Shown: positions 49,125-64,000, counted from the stretch's first letter. The stretch is DNA of 64,000 bases from Octopus vulgaris (GCA_951406725.2 OX597820.1:91140001-91204000), one strand, 5' to 3'. The notes: generated by a model from the sequence alone, not told the origin. Numbers and translations are program-made.

Positions 49125-49978
49125 TACAATGAAGGCTGGTTGACTGACAGGCAATAACAATATTTTATTTTTACTGCTATGTTGTGATTGCTAGTACTGA
49201 GAGTTAAGTCAAGCTTCCATGTGATATTTTACAATGTCCTTGAATCTCTGTGAGAATTCTGCAGTTTTGTCAAGTGCAAGCCATCAAAGTGATTTGATAT
49301 CATCTACTTGTTTCTGTTAAGATCTATTTTGAAGATTATTAAAACAGTTTGTGTGCTTTTTCATTCAAATTCCCTCAATACTTTGCTAATCTTTTAGCAC
49401 TGATTTAAAAAAATAATATGAGTTAAATAAGAAGCATCAAAATAAAGAACAAGTGCATTTTAAATTCAAAGCGCATACTGAGCACATGGGAATATTACTG
49501 ATAAATATTACTGGATCTTATGATTATATATTGATATCTATCTATCTATCTCTTTCTCTCTCTCCCCTCTCTCCCTCCTCTCTCTCCCTCCTCTCTCTCC
49601 CTCCCCTCTCTCCCTCCCCCTCTCTTTATATATCTATATATGTACACTAATAATTAGAAATACTTCACATATGATTTTATATTCTTATTATATTGTATGG
49701 ATATGGTGAGGTGATCTCATAAAAATACATGACATGCCAAAACGTATGTAGCAATGCAATAGTAAAAATATTAAATTTCCATCCATGAAGGATTTCACTT
49801 TTTAAATGTATTTTTATTCTACGCACTACATAGCATACATACATAACAATCCCATACACTTAACTTGGTATGTTGGAATAATATACGGTAACCAGCAACA
49901 AGTAGCATAGGATCTTTTATGAGCACATTGGTAGACATCTATCATATACAAAGTACAAAGATATACATACACAGACAC

Positions 49979-50034
<56 letters not shown>

Positions 50035-50080
50035 ATGAATATATATATATAAATATATATGCTTATTTATATGTAGATAA

Positions 50081-50268
50081 GTCTATATCTGGTCATAGAG
50101 AGACCAATGGTTTCACATTCACAAAGGGCTTAGCCCCATAGATGAGTCGTCAGACTCTAAAACCAAAGACAAATGTTACTCTTACATTTGTCTTTGGTTT
50201 TAAAGTCTGATGAGCTATCCATGGGGCTAAATGCAAAATCATTAGTCACTCTATGACTAGACATAGAC
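50081..50268. mobile_element. Fold-back element with mirror-image hammerhead motifs near (TA)n
   Basis: Arms 50081-50176 / 50184-50268 with a 7-nt loop. Minus copy TAGAGT-CTGACGA...GAAA-CCA-T-TGG-TC-TCTCTA; plus copy TAAAGT-CTGATGA...AAAA-TCATTAG-TC-ACTCTA. Confidence 0.65.
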
Positions 50269-50574
50269 CTAACTGCATAGAAGCTTTAGAGCGTACTTCT
50301 TTTTCAGATATATGATGCTTTGACAATATATATATACACATGTATACATACATATATATCACATGATCACATGATAGACCAGACTATCTGATGTTATTAT
50401 ATATTGCTGGTCACAATGCACTTTGAAGTGTTATAGCTTTTGAATGATATCACCTCACTGGCTAGATAGAAGCATCTAGGAAATAACACCAAAGATGAAA
50501 AAAATGGTACACAGTGTATATATTCCATAGTAGAAGTGCTGTTTATATTATATCCAGAACTCTCTTTTTTTTCT

Positions 50575-50755
50575 TTTGTTTTTGGATTTGGTTTGCAAGA
50601 TTCTTTATTTGAGTTCGTGTGTTGAAGCATATTCTGTTGTGTCTGGGGAGAGTCATTTTCTTTTTGTGCCTTATAATGTAACACACTCACCGGTAAAATT
50701 TCCACTTTTTTCTTATTTTTATTTTCCTAAAATTTTCGTTGCATCTTGCAACCTT
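50575..50755 (+). repeat. Unclassified dispersed repeat (second copy 63820-63995)
   Basis: TTTTGGATTTGGTTTGCAAGATTCTTTAT...AACACACTCAC.GGTAAAATTTCCACTT...TTCGTTGCATCTTGCA occurs in both copies. Confidence 0.85.
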
Positions 50756-51848
50756 TTTTTAGCATTGTAGATTGCTCTAGCAACAACATGTTGCAGTAGA
50801 AGGTAGTGCCACAATGATATTTTGGGGCAACTGCTGATTATATATGTATTATGTCCTTCACTGAAAACCAACATAATCAACATCTGTAATGTTAAAGGCT
50901 TTACTGCCCCATTTGTTCTCTAGAAAGATTGTAGTTATCTCCTGTCAAGACTACATGCTGGAGCTCATCACAATTCTTAATATGATATTTTTATCGCAGT
51001 TCCAATATTTGAATGTGTCTTTCCCCATTTCCACATGTTATAAGAATGGCTTTATTTCCATGAGTGATTTACATCTCAGTTCTTTGTTTTCAGCATAATT
51101 TTCAAATTATGTTCAGAGTTTAGGATTTTTAAAAATATAAAAGGTTTTGAGAGTTTCAAATGATATAAAACTCTTAATTATGTTTGAATTAGATATATGT
51201 CAATTACGGAATATACTATTAAAACTGAGTATCTGTAATGAAATCCATTAAATACTGGACTGCCATGACTAACACTGAAGATAACTTTTCAAGAGAAACT
51301 GAAAAATGATCTATTAAACTGAATATGCCTTCATTAAGAACAATTCTGGGTTATTTGTAGTCATTTTTCAGCCTGAACAATGTTGCATATTCTACAAGTA
51401 CACACACACACACACACACACATGCACGTGTGTATTAAATGATTATCAGAGGAATATAACGGTCAACTAATAGAATTGAAGCCACATATGTATCATTTGC
51501 TAGGTATTGTGTTTATCTGCTTTTAATTGAACCTTTCAGTCTCTGCGAGCAACCTGTCATTCTCACTCATGTTATGCCAATCACTTAACGCTAATAGAAT
51601 TGGCTACTTCATCTAATATCTCACATAGCTAGCCGTCACACTGATTTGATAGTTTTGATAAGAACTCCAAGAATACTCACACATATAAATTAATGACAAC
51701 TATTTTTAATAAATGATATTAAACATTATATTCTCATAATCAATAACTTGTAATTGAAAAAAAAAAGAAAAACTACAAGAAACTCACTGATTGTCCCAAA
51801 CCATACAGATTGAAAGTCTCAGAGGAAAAGAAATAAAATCTACATCTA

Positions 51849-52353
51849 GGCAGAGGAGTGGCTGTGTAGTAAGAAGCTTGCTTCTCAACTACATGATTCC
51901 AGGTTCAGTCTCACTCTGTGGTACCTGGGCAAGCGTCTTCTACTATAAACTCAGGCTGAACAAAGACTTGTGAGTGGATTGAGTAGATAGAAACTGAAAG
52001 AAGCTTGTCATATATATATATATAATTTAATTTATATGTATACTGTGAAATTTGATTTAATCCTAAATCTAATTTTTCCCAGTAAGTTTGGATATACTCC
52101 CTATTATTATTATTATATATATATATATTTGTATATATGTATTTATGTGTCTGTGTTTGTCCCCCTACCATCGCTTGACAACCAATGCTGGTGTGTTTAC
52201 ATCCTTATAACTTAGCGATCCGGCAAAAGAGATTGATAGAATAAGTACTGGGCTTACAAAGAATAAGTCTTGGGGTCGATTTGTTCAACTAAGGGCAGTG
52301 CTCCAGCATGGCTGCAGTCATATGACTGAAACAAATAAAAGAAAAGAAAAAAA
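51849..52353 (+). mobile_element. tRNA-derived SINE family A with insert in its internal (TA)n
   Basis: Family A head and tail. The insert at about 52025-52110 resembles 8488-8548 (TCCTAAATCT.ATTTTT.CC.GTAA.TTTGGAT). Confidence 0.85.
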
Positions 52354-55300
52354 TAGAATCCAATCTGAGAATGAAGACAGAAAATAAATGATATTGTTAC
52401 CAAGGAAATGATAGATATGGGTTTCAAGCCTTGATTTTTTTTTACCTCAACTTGTGATGAATATAATTTATAATAAGAATATCATTGTTATTATAGATGT
52501 GTAAACATTGTCATCACATTTGAGTGTTCTCTACATTGCATCAAAGCTTTGGTTTTATGGTTGTGTACCTATTGTATAACGTTTGTGATGAATAGGCTAC
52601 AGAATTTAATTTGACATTAGAGAGGCTACCATCCTAACTTTAGGATCCTTCCTACATTTTATTGGTTCTTGGAGTGTTTTTTTTCTCCTTGAGAGATTGC
52701 TCTTGTCATGGCATTAAGAAAGAGATGAGCCAACTAGAGAAATTGTAGGTGGCTGTATATTAGCATAACAAAGTCAGTGCAGAAGAACTGCATCTTTTGC
52801 ATGTGAAACAGAGTGAAAATACTTTTTGAAATATGCAGAGTTAACTTGTGATAACCTGAAACTTTTGAATTTAAAAAGATAATGATGGTGATATTGATGA
52901 TGATAATGATGATGACTTGTTTATATTTATTGTTCTGTTGAATACTTATTTAGGAGTTCATAAATCTATAGTCATCTCTTGATACCTTCTTTCATTGTCA
53001 TGATTCTCCTCTGTGGCTATACATGGTTTACTTCCTGGCTAAAGAAAAAGATTGCAACATGTTTATGACAGTTTATTTTACCGTTTTTGTTTCTTGGTTT
53101 GTTTTTTAATTTTTTTTTTTCTGTAAATGGGGTTTTCATAAAACTACTTTAGAATATCCCTTTATCAACTTTTAGTTGTGTACTAGTCACCTTGCTTTAA
53201 ACATAACTTCAAATATTGATTTATTTTATTTATATTTATAAACTGCCTTCCAGCATTAGAGTTTTCTATTTCCTGCAGGATTCTAAATTATTACTATTAT
53301 ATACATATTGCCTTACAATTGTCATTGTATATGTTATATAATATCTTATAAAAATTTCTAGAGACAGGCAGTTACAATAAACTGGATTCTTGCAGTGTAT
53401 TATATAAATTTCACAAATATTTGGCATTTAAGGGTACTTTTTGTTTCATTTAATTAGTTATTACCTTTTAGAAATAAGGTATGGATAGTGTTGTCAGTTT
53501 TTTCATATATCAATTCTTTAAGCTCAGCATATTCTTTAATTTCCATCAAAATTAATTGGTTATTTCTATCTAAATGAATTGGTTATTTCTATCAAAATGA
53601 ATTAATTATTACTAAATAAAAGTCAACTGTTTTTATTGATATAACTGAAAAACTTTTGATTTAGATTAAGTTTTTCTCTTTTGTTCTTTTGATAAGAGAC
53701 AAAGATAGCTTTCATTGTAACTTTGTGCTTAAGAATTATTATTTATCCCATAATCTTCTCAAATTTCATTTACATATCTGGTTTACATAATATTCACTAG
53801 ATGAACATTACTTGCGTCTACAATTACTGCTAATGCAGCATCAATTCAAATGCCTTCTGCAGATTCAATAAAATGAATATTTACACCATTCGTTCTCAAC
53901 ATTATTTCTTGCTCACCACACAAACTTGGCTGTTCAAAACAGAAATTTATTTCATTCTTTTAAAATCATATTAATTTTAATTTAAATTAGTGTTCATTAA
54001 CTCATTAAGTAGTATACACTTTTTGCTTCATAATTACAATTATTATTATTTTTTTTTTTTTGCATGTATGAATTATTTGGCTTCATTTTCATAATATACT
54101 TGGATGATTTCGATAATATTACATCTTTTCTACTGTTTTTATCCTCTTGAAAGCAAATTAATAATTGATTTCAGATTAGAACACACTTATAACTAAATTA
54201 ATCTTAAAAGAATTAAGTTTAGATGTAAAAAAGTAAGGTGGCACATTGAAATAAATTATATCAAATCAATATATCAAAGTATAGGCCTAACTATCATAAT
54301 CTCTTATGCATCTGCTTTACTATTTCCATTCACATTTTGGCAAATATTTCATATATTTTTGTATAACCGGTCAACCTGGCTGTAACCTGGCTGTAACTTG
54401 ACTCACTAGCTCAAAAAATGTGAAACAATAGGTGAATAAACATATATCATTCACAACATATGCAAATATTATTTTTAATAAAAATTGGTTTCTAGCATTG
54501 GTAGAAGCCAGAATTTCGAAGGAAGTGAGTAAATTGATTAAATCAGCTGCAATTCTTGAATGATACTTTATGAAGCCCAACAGAGGAAGGGCAACCAGAC
54601 CTGAGGGTGCGTTGAAGTCAAAAAGTAAAAAGCCATAACTAAATACTGCAGAATGTAGCAACCAACAAAATACTGCTAAGCATTTCATCCAGCATGCTAA
54701 CAATTTTGCTAGTTCACCGTATAATAATAATAATAATATTAATAATAATAATACATATATGTGTATGTATGTGTGCATCAACATGTAAAACTCAAACAAT
54801 TTGTTTGCATAGGCATATAGTTATTTTACACACATGTGAACACACATGCATAAACTTAATTTTATTATCAGCACTTACTTGGCATCAAAGACTCAGTCTT
54901 TGGATATCTTGATGAAATACATATAGCAAACTGTTTTTTATTTGGTGAAAATAAATGTCAACAACAAAAACGACAAAAAAAAAACAGAAGACCTTGTAAT
55001 ACAAGTACATGAAAGTAAGAGGTGTGAGTCACCTCAAGCAAAATATTCAATTTAGAATTTCTTTCTGGAATGTTCTTTTACTTTGCAATTTTTTGCACCA
55101 TGATAGAGCCTGTTTCATTTGCTAATTAACTTTTTAATCACAACTCAACAAAACTTGATGAATGTGTCATTCAAATTTTCAGTCTGGTCTGTCTTTCTTC
55201 CAAAATGTGTCTTGAATCTTCTGAATAATTTGTTTCAGACCTCTAAACCAGATTCCTGAAGCCAACCAAATCCATTGCTCTGATTAGCTTGAATGATTTC

Positions 55301-56501
55301 CCACATGTGACTTAGTAACTTGTACAAGGTTGGTGTAGTACTGATACAAATTAGGTCTGAATAGATAAAGGCTAGTAGATAATTTGTTGATATTTAGCAT
55401 TGATGTGATCTTTGGTATTAAGAGTTCTCAGAATACTGACTAACTGAGTGCCAAAGAATTTGAACTTCCTCTGGTTAGTTTCTTTCATTCTTTAAATTTA
55501 ATATGCAGAACACTGCAGCACAATAACTTCATGTTGCACTAGAACCACATTTCCTACAAACCCTTAAACATTATCATAGTGTTATCTTTGACCAAGTTAT
55601 GACAAAAAAGATATCACAAATCAATGTCTTATATTCATGGGCAACCAACAATGAGAAACCAGCTCCTGTTTTGCCCTAGAATTATAAAAAAATGAGGCAT
55701 TTTACCAATATTATGTGAGCAACCCCTTATTATTAGTACCAGTATAAACAGAATATAAATTTAATTTCATTTCTGAAGTTCTATTTTGGAAAAATTACTA
55801 TAAACATTCCATTTCAACATTGTTTGCAGTTTAATGGTATCGTTTCGGTATTCCTTTTATACAAATTGCTACAAATGACAACCACCACGCATTGCAATAT
55901 TCCTCTTTCACAGTTACTGAAGAGATACATTTGAATTTCTTTTGAAAGATTGATACAGACATCAAAGTCTGTCATTTTCTGCCTTTTTCTATAGGCCTGG
56001 TTATGCTATTACATCTTTTAAAATGATTATATGCCTATTGCAAAGTAGCGTATGCTTTTCGGCCAAATTATTGGACAGCTTAATATGTTTCATCAATGTG
56101 AAAGCCAGGTATATTTGGCTATTTAATTTCTCCTTATCTTACTAAACTGATGTCTTAATTCATGTCAGAATGTCAAAATATCTACTCTTGTCTTCAAGAT
56201 AGGCCAGTTTAGAATCAAAACTGGATTCTTGACAAGAAGCATGAGCCCATGCACTTGTGTATTCCTTTTCTAAAAGAAAACCAAAATTGTTTACAGAAGT
56301 TCATGAAATAGATGTATTTGCTCATTGTGTGTTCGTCCATGTATCAATACATGGAATACAATAAATATGGACAAATTAGCTATGAGGAATATTCTATTAC
56401 ATGGCTTATAATTAAGAAAAAAAATCATTAAGGAATTTCTTCGTTAGGAACACTTTTTAAATTTTATTAAAGTTACAAAATTTCAATTGTATAACATTAG
56501 T

Positions 56502-56545
<44 letters not shown>

Positions 56546-57508
56546 CTTTTTATCTTCCTTCAAACTCACAGTAAAGAGATCAATCACAAATTGTTTTCAG
56601 ATATTTTTTTACCCTAGGCTGAAATGTGACAGCTTGACTCTAATTATCTCAATTGAAAATAAAATTGAAGTAAATGAAAAAATGTCAGTAAATGTGAGAG
56701 TTCATAGGGCATATCTTTATTTTTTTCCCACCCCAAAGCTTTTATTCTAAAAGAAGTTGACTGATAGGTTATTTTGGTGAATTAAATATTTTGTTTTCTA
56801 ATGAAAAAAAAAACCCAAAATGAGAAATTGGTCAGAAAATAGCAGATTAAATTAATGGTTAAAAAGGGGAAAAGGAATCTCATTAGGTTGCTTGAATCAA
56901 TGAAACCTAACAATTATTCAATAAAGAAATCTGTAATTAAAACCATTATTTAGTAGGACTGGCAATAACTTAGTTTACACTGAAGTTAGAATTATCTTTT
57001 CAGTTCAGCATGTTAAGCATTCTTGGAGTCTGTCATAAAATATCAGTATTATCAGCATAAATAATGCTGCTTTTCACTATTCTATTGTTGAATAACCCCT
57101 ACATTAATTACTAAAGGTATGTGGTGCTTCTCTTTCTTGCTACTAGAGATTGCATGCTTCAGAATAGTTACATTTCCGAGAAGTAAAATCAAGAAGTGCA
57201 CCATTTATTTCTATATATTTCATGATATTCTGCTAGCAGGTGGTTTAATGTTACATTAGTCTGAAAATAAAATTATGCATCAGATTCAGTATATCAGAAC
57301 TGATTTCACCTCTTACTTTTTATTTTTTTTATTTTGTGGAATAAATACCAGTTACACAATGGACTTGATTTAATCTACAAGTTCAACTCCAGTGCTGGTG
57401 TTTTCCTGTATATTAACACTGCATCAGTTCAGCAAGCTGTCCAAAGTAGTCACTTGATCAAATGAGAATGTTAGGTAAAGACCAGTGTATATGTTGGTAT
57501 ATACTCAG

Positions 57509-57851
57509 TGAAGGCGCATGGCTCAGTGGTTAGAGCATCGAGCTTATGATCGTGAGGTTGTGAGCTCGAATCCCGGACCGGGCTGCGTGTTGTGTTCTTG
57601 AGCAAGGCTCTTTATTTTCACGTTGCTCCAGTTCACTCAGCTGTAGAAATGAGTTGCGACGTCACTGGTGCCAAGCTGTATCAACCTTTGTCTTTCCCTT
57701 GGATAACACTAGTGGCGTGGAGAGGGGAGGCTGGTATGCATGGGTGACTGCTGGTCTTCCATAAACAACCTTGCCCGGACTTGTGTCTAGGAGGGTAACT
57801 TTCTAGGTGCAATCCCATGGTCATTCATGACCAAAGGGGGTCTTTACCCCT
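57509..57851 (+). mobile_element. tRNA-derived SINE family C
   Basis: Head GGCGCATGGCTCAGTGGTTAGAGC..GAGCTCGAATCCC and TSD TACTCAG. Highly similar to 17352-17687 in the opposite orientation. Confidence 0.9.
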
Positions 57852-59329
57852 TACTCAGAAAAATAGTTGTCTCTTATAGATGCTAAAGCTTAGGCAACAT
57901 TTAAAAGTAAACTTCCAAATAAACACTCAACACTCTTCTGTACATTGGCCCTATGCCAAAGGCGAAAAATAATTATATTTTATTCTCTCAACTAAATATC
58001 GGAGAGATACTGTGGTTAATCTTGACCACAATGTCTCGCACTATTAAAAGTTTAAAGTTATTTGGAGATCTTTTGTCACTGGTATTAGATTTTCTCTTTA
58101 TTTGCCTTTCTTTTAAACAATTAACACTATTTTTACTTCTTGATGTCTGTGATTAATATTACTAAGAGCAATCAACTGTAAAGCAGTCCATAATTTCATA
58201 TGTGGTTATTCTTGTGATGTTTGCTGCTCTTAATACTGAGAAAGAATATATTACATATGCACATACTTGCACAGTTAGAAATATTCCATCAGATATTGTG
58301 ATTAATCAATATTAGCTTTGTTATTTTCGCTTTTTCTAAATTTTAATTGTATCAAATAAACACCAATCTTTTTTATTGATCCTTGTTTTACTAGATTTAG
58401 AATTAAATATGAATAACAACATTGACATAAAAACATATAGAAAGGATTCAATCCAACTTAAACAATAGCTACCCTTCACATAAATTTACTTGTGGAAATC
58501 CATATTGTATAAAAGGAGATGTGTCTTTATCAGTTAGAACTCTAATAAATCTAAGGAAGAATAATAAGCAAAAGAAATATATAGTAAAATCTTGTTTATG
58601 ATATATTTTCTATTTAGTTTTAGGATGCTTGTAGTTTACAAAGTCCATTCCAGGTGACAATATTATTGCAGGCTTTATTCTGACATAAAAATATTTGGGT
58701 AGTCATATTGTCTACAATGTATACCAAAATCAGCTGTGTTCATAACTAATACATGAGTGAACAATGAGACTGGCATTTTTGTACAAAAGGCTTGTAGCAA
58801 GCATGGCTAGGATAAGTTTAAGACAAATTCAAAATGACAGTAGAAGTGCAAGGTTCAAAAGTTATACCGTACGTGACAGTATTAACATCATCGTTTCGAT
58901 GATTGCATATAAATATATATATATTTTTTTTTACTATTCTACCATGCATCATTAGATGAGAGTTATTAAGGTGGATTTTTCTATGCTCAAGTGTCATTCT
59001 TGTCACCGTTGCAATACTGTTCTTCAAGTAAAATATATGTAATTCCAGCTGGTCTTCACACACAACAAAAACAGAGTGATAAAATGATTTTTTCAAAACT
59101 TATTAACATTGTCAATGATTTTGGTTACACAGTGAATATGCGAAGACAAATAAAAATACAGACATAGACATACATACTCACCCACATACTCAGAGAAAGA
59201 AACACACACACATGTACATATGCATGGATATGTATGCACAAGTATGCATATGTCTATACATATATGAATGAGTGTGTATATGTATTTGTGTGTATGTATG
59301 TGATATATACTTATAGTCTGATAGTAGGG

Positions 59330-59374
<45 letters not shown>

Positions 59375-59699
59375 AACTGAGGATGTGTGTGTACGTGTGT
59401 GTCTGCCAATATATATGTGTGTGTGCTTCACTAAAACTCAAGAATTATCCAACAGTTTTCATTCAAATTTTAAGCATGCATTACTTAGAGTCCATGCTGT
59501 GTCATGGGTCAAAAGAATTTTCAACTTCTTGCCTAATGTGAGCACAGAACAATCTTTTATCACTTGCATTATTTCAGTATTATGTGTCAAAAGTGAAACA
59601 ATAACATGTCTATTGTAATGTGAGATAATACTTTCAGTTTAATACATTCACTTTTAATACAGAACCTATTATCTCACATACATACACACATACACACAC

Positions 59700-59770
<71 letters not shown>

Positions 59771-60183
59771 GAATGAAGCGGCCGTTAAATGATGATGATA
59801 ATATATATGTATATGTATGCCTGTGTTTATGCGCATGGAAATATGCACATATGTATGTATAAACATATGTATTTGTATATATATATATATATATATAAAA
59901 AACTGCTATTTGAACGGTTTGCTAATCAGGTTCTTGCATAAAATTCAGGTGAACATCTGGATTTTATTTATATCTTGTGCTATTATCATGTATATTACAC
60001 ACACACATACATACATATATGTGTATACATACACACTTATATATACACATTTGTGTGTGTACATGTGTACCTCAAAGGGTCTCAAACTCTACAGTCATCT
60101 CATGGTTATTACTGTAACATTCTTCAACAAATAAGTTTATTAGGAATCTCTGAAGGGTAAGGCATTGTCATTGAAGTTCTATT

Positions 60184-60592
60184 ACTCTTTTACTTGTTTC
60201 AGTCATTTGACTGTGGCCATGCTGGAGCACCGCCTTTAGTCGAGCAAATTCATGCCGAGACTTATGCTTTGGAAGCCTAGTACTTATTCTATCAGTCTCT
60301 TTGGCTGAACCGCTAAGTTATGGGGATGTGAACACACCACCATCGGTTGTCAACAGATGTTGGGTGGGGGACAAACTCAGATACAAACATATACACACAC
60401 ACATACATATACATATATATACACACATATACGACAGGCTCCTTTCAGTTTCCGTCTACCAAATCCACTCACATGCCTTTGGTCGACCGAGGCTATAGTA
60501 GAAGACACTTGCCCAAGGTGCCATGCAGTGGGACTGAACCCAGAACCATGTGGTTGGTAAGCAAGCTACTTACTACACAGCCACTCCTATGC
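60184..60592 (-). mobile_element. tRNA-derived SINE family A
   Basis: Reverse complement of a full family A element. Confidence 0.9.
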
Positions 60593-61913
60593 ATACAAGG
60601 AACTTTTGGGAGAAAATCTCTCATGTTTTGCGAATTGAATCTTACAGTTCATTGGATCTTTAAAGCAATAAACTCGGTGTGGAAGGAGACTTGAATGTTT
60701 AATGAAGAATAACTTTTATGAGGTCTCCACACATCATTTAAAAAAGAATCTAGGTCAGTGCTTGGCTGATTTAGTGGCTAACACTGTTTCAAAAAAAAAA
60801 AACCCCTGCTAAATTTAAAATTCTTTGCAAGCTTTTGCTATCAAAAGAAGAAGTCAAAGGCATTCATCAAACTCAGCACCTTCGAATCGTTGATCACTAC
60901 AAATATGTGATTTGATACCAAATAATTCTAGTAAATTACTGCTTCTGGCTTTGACTGTCATCAATAACAATATCATTTCTCCCACTACTCATAAGCATAG
61001 ATATTGTATCACAAATGGATGTATCACTATTTCTAATCAAAAACACTGTTAACATATTATCATATAACTACATCAGTTTCTTGAGAAACATCACTATCAC
61101 AAACAATAATAGTAACATCCTTTAACAACAATCAATAACACCGTTACCATTATCACCAAACAACAAACTTAGCATGCACCTTCTTTCAACCTACTCCTCC
61201 ATTTCTGTCTTAGTCATTTTCCATTATCAGCATTGTTTTTAGTGAAGCTATTCTCTCTTATCCAAAATATTCCATTTGCAGCTACATAAATATTTCATTT
61301 GAACAATTTACTTCTTAAAATTGAAAACATTTGCCATAAAATCTATTTGAATAAACAGTATGAATGTATTTAAAGTAGCTGTTAGCTCAGAACTAACAAT
61401 TGAATGCTAACCTATCTACAACTTTCTTAGATCAATATTCATCTCCCCCTCTTAGAGCTGGGATTTTAACAGAAATTTCCTGGTTGAGAAGCACTGTGAA
61501 AGCTGCTAAATGTAATAGCATATTCATATTCACTAGAAATCACCACATCATTTAATCATGTGAAACTGAAGTAAATTATCAACCAAATAGAAATAACTTA
61601 GATTGTTTTCTGTTGCATGTACATCAAATAAAGTTATGTGAGTCAGCATAGTTTATAAACCAACTACTCCAAATAACAAAAAGAAAGCATTCATTTTAGA
61701 ACTGAACTTGGCTTGTTCAGGTATTCAGTTGTCAGCTCATGTTTTAAAAATCTCACAAGCGAATTTCATATCATTGAAATAATGATTTTTAATGATTGGC
61801 TATATGATTAAGAAGTTTGCTGCTCAACTAGAGAGTTTCGAGTTCAGTCTCACTATGGGGCACCTAAAGCATCTTCTTGTGAGTGAATTTAAGTGAAAAA
61901 AAGAAATATGTTG

Positions 61914-61984
<71 letters not shown>

Positions 61985-62031
61985 ATTTGTGTATAAATTT
62001 AGGCATGTGTGTGTTTGTGTGAATACATAGA

Positions 62032-62088
<57 letters not shown>

Positions 62089-62100
62089 GTATATGCATAC

Positions 62101-62331
62101 TTTATCTTTTAGTTGTTTCAGTCATTGGAGTCCAGCCGTGCCGGGTCACTACTGTAAAGGGTTTAGCTGAACAAATCAACTCCAGTATTTATCGCTTTTT
62201 AAGCCTGGTACCTATTCTATCAGTCACTTTTTGTTGAACAGCTTAGTTACAAAGATATAAGAAAGCCACACCACTTGTCAAGCAGGGGTGGGGGGACCAA
62301 ATACAAAGACACACACACACACACAGATACA

Positions 62332-62362
<31 letters not shown>

Positions 62363-62512
62363 GATGGACTTCTTTCACTTTCTATCTACCAAATCCACAT
62401 GCAAGGGTTTTGTTGGCCTGGAGTTATGTCGTAGAAAACACTTGCTGAAGGTGCCACTGAGTAGCACTGAAACTAGAGCCATGTTACTGGGAAGCAAACT
62501 TCTTGCCACACG
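62101..62512 (-). mobile_element. tRNA-derived SINE family A, diverged
   Basis: Reverse-oriented tail TTGTTTCAGTCATT, body TCTACCAAATCCAC, head GGAAGCAAACTTCTT. Confidence 0.75.
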
Positions 62513-63819
62513 CACACATTTCGTTTTTAACTGTAGAACTTGAAGCAGATAATGTTATAAATAACAGCATATAAATTTGGTTTAAACACCAAATATTTAC
62601 ATGTTATTATTTATAGCTTTATCTACTTCAGTCTTTCCAGTTAAAAACAAATTATTTCATGTTCTCTCAGAGCTTAGAAATTCTTGACATAAACACACAT
62701 GCTCACACATCATTATCATTTTAATATCTATCATCATTTAGCAGTCATTTTCTATGTTGGTTGGACAGTTTGACAGGAACTGGCAAAGCAGAGGACTGCA
62801 TCAGGCTTTACTGTCTGTTTTGGCATGGCTTTTATGGTTGGATGCCATTCCTAATGCCAATCACCTTATAGAGTGGTACATATATCTATCTATCTGTCTG
62901 TCTATATATATATATGCACACACACACACACACACATACACATATAGGTACTTATATATAGGTATTAGTATATCTATGGCCATGATTATACCTGTTGATA
63001 TTTGCATTCTATAAAAGTCTCTAGCTATGTATGGTGATCTTTTTACTTCTGTCAACAAATCATCAACAAGCTCATTTTGCACCTATTAAAGATGTGTGAG
63101 ATATGAGATCGATTACTTGAAAATAATTTCAAGGTTATTAGTGACAGGTAGAACACTTAACTGTTAAATATTGCTTGGGTAATATATTCATTAACTCACA
63201 CTTGCATGTAAAAATTGTTGTAAATGTCAACAAACAAATGAAATGAGCATACGTGTTCAAAATTTAAGAGACAAAAAAAATGTAGTTATAATATTCATCC
63301 TTTTAAGCATTAAGGCCTATTCTAATTAGATCTGAAATTAAACAATACATCTAATTTGTTGGGAAGTAACTGATGCTTCAGTTTCCTAGTAATAAAATGA
63401 TTTCCTATATAAAGCACGATGCCACAAAATTTTCGGAGAGGGTATAGTCTAATATATTGTATCTAGCACTTGGCTAATATTGTTTTTATGGACCCTTACT
63501 AGATGAATATAGCACAATGTTGGATTGGAAACTGTAAAGGGACATGATTCCATTCTGCAAGACATTTTGTTGATAATTCTTCAGATTTTGCCATCTACCT
63601 CTCAAGTGATTATAATAAGTGACTTGTCATAATGGTCACAAATTTCAAGAGAGAGAATAGTTGATAAATTAATCTTCAATACTTGACTGGTGTGAAGGTG
63701 TATGGCTTAGTGTTTAGGGTGTTGAGCCAAAACAGACATATTAGAAATTATTAATATAAATACAAATGACTTTTTTCTGATGCTCAAGCAATTTTATTAT
63801 GATAACACTATGTAATACG

Positions 63820-63995
63820 TTTTTGGATTTGGTTTGCAAGATTCTTTATATGAATTCGTGTTTTGAAGCTTATTCTGTTGTGTCTGGGGAGAGTAAATTT
63901 CTTTTTGCGCCTTATAAAGTAACACACTCACTGGTAAAATTTCCACTTATTTCTTATTTTTATTTTCCTAAAATTTTTTCGTTGCATCTTGCAGA
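63820..63995 (+). repeat. Unclassified dispersed repeat (copy of 50575-50755)
   Basis: Direct sequence similarity to the first copy. Confidence 0.85.
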
Positions 63996-64000
63996 CTATT

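Noticed and set aside
57509-57585. tRNA-like sequence (also at 17610, 26312, 11128)
   Set aside because: These are SINE heads: no complete acceptor stem, and they continue into repeat bodies.
58624-58653. Plus-strand small-exon candidates (here and near 11910-11927)
   Set aside because: Weak donor or acceptor context; expected by chance in AT-rich DNA.

Overview
This is an AT-rich, repeat-saturated eukaryotic intronic or intergenic window. The mix of tRNA-derived SINE families, RTE and CR1 LINE fragments, Tc1/mariner remnants and abundant (TA)n/(CA)n microsatellites resembles an Octopus (coleoid cephalopod) genome; this is an inference. No intact protein-coding gene is supportable, and almost all listed ORFs are microsatellite artefacts. 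The real coding remnants are transposon pseudogenes: a full-length decayed Tc1 (8584-9838), an internally deleted mariner (48560-49124), CR1-clade RT fragments (40162-41350; 31778-32125) and RTE-clade fragments (18676-19655, 20495-20811, 10555-10850). The most striking unexplained structure is a recurrent class of short non-coding fold-back (inverted-repeat) elements, mostly in or beside (TA)n tracts. Most carry type-I hammerhead-ribozyme cores (C-U/C/A-GANGA...GAAA) with a minimal, palindromic stem III, the signature of Penelope-like elements and retrozymes. About ten such motifs from several unrelated families occur here, often as mirror-image pairs. One (10960-11248) also has a tRNA-derived Pol III head, making it a candidate hammerhead-bearing SINE. 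Also notable are a SINE/CR1 shared 3' tail with a covarying stem, an inverted SINE pair that could form dsRNA, and a few weak minus-strand small-exon candidates.
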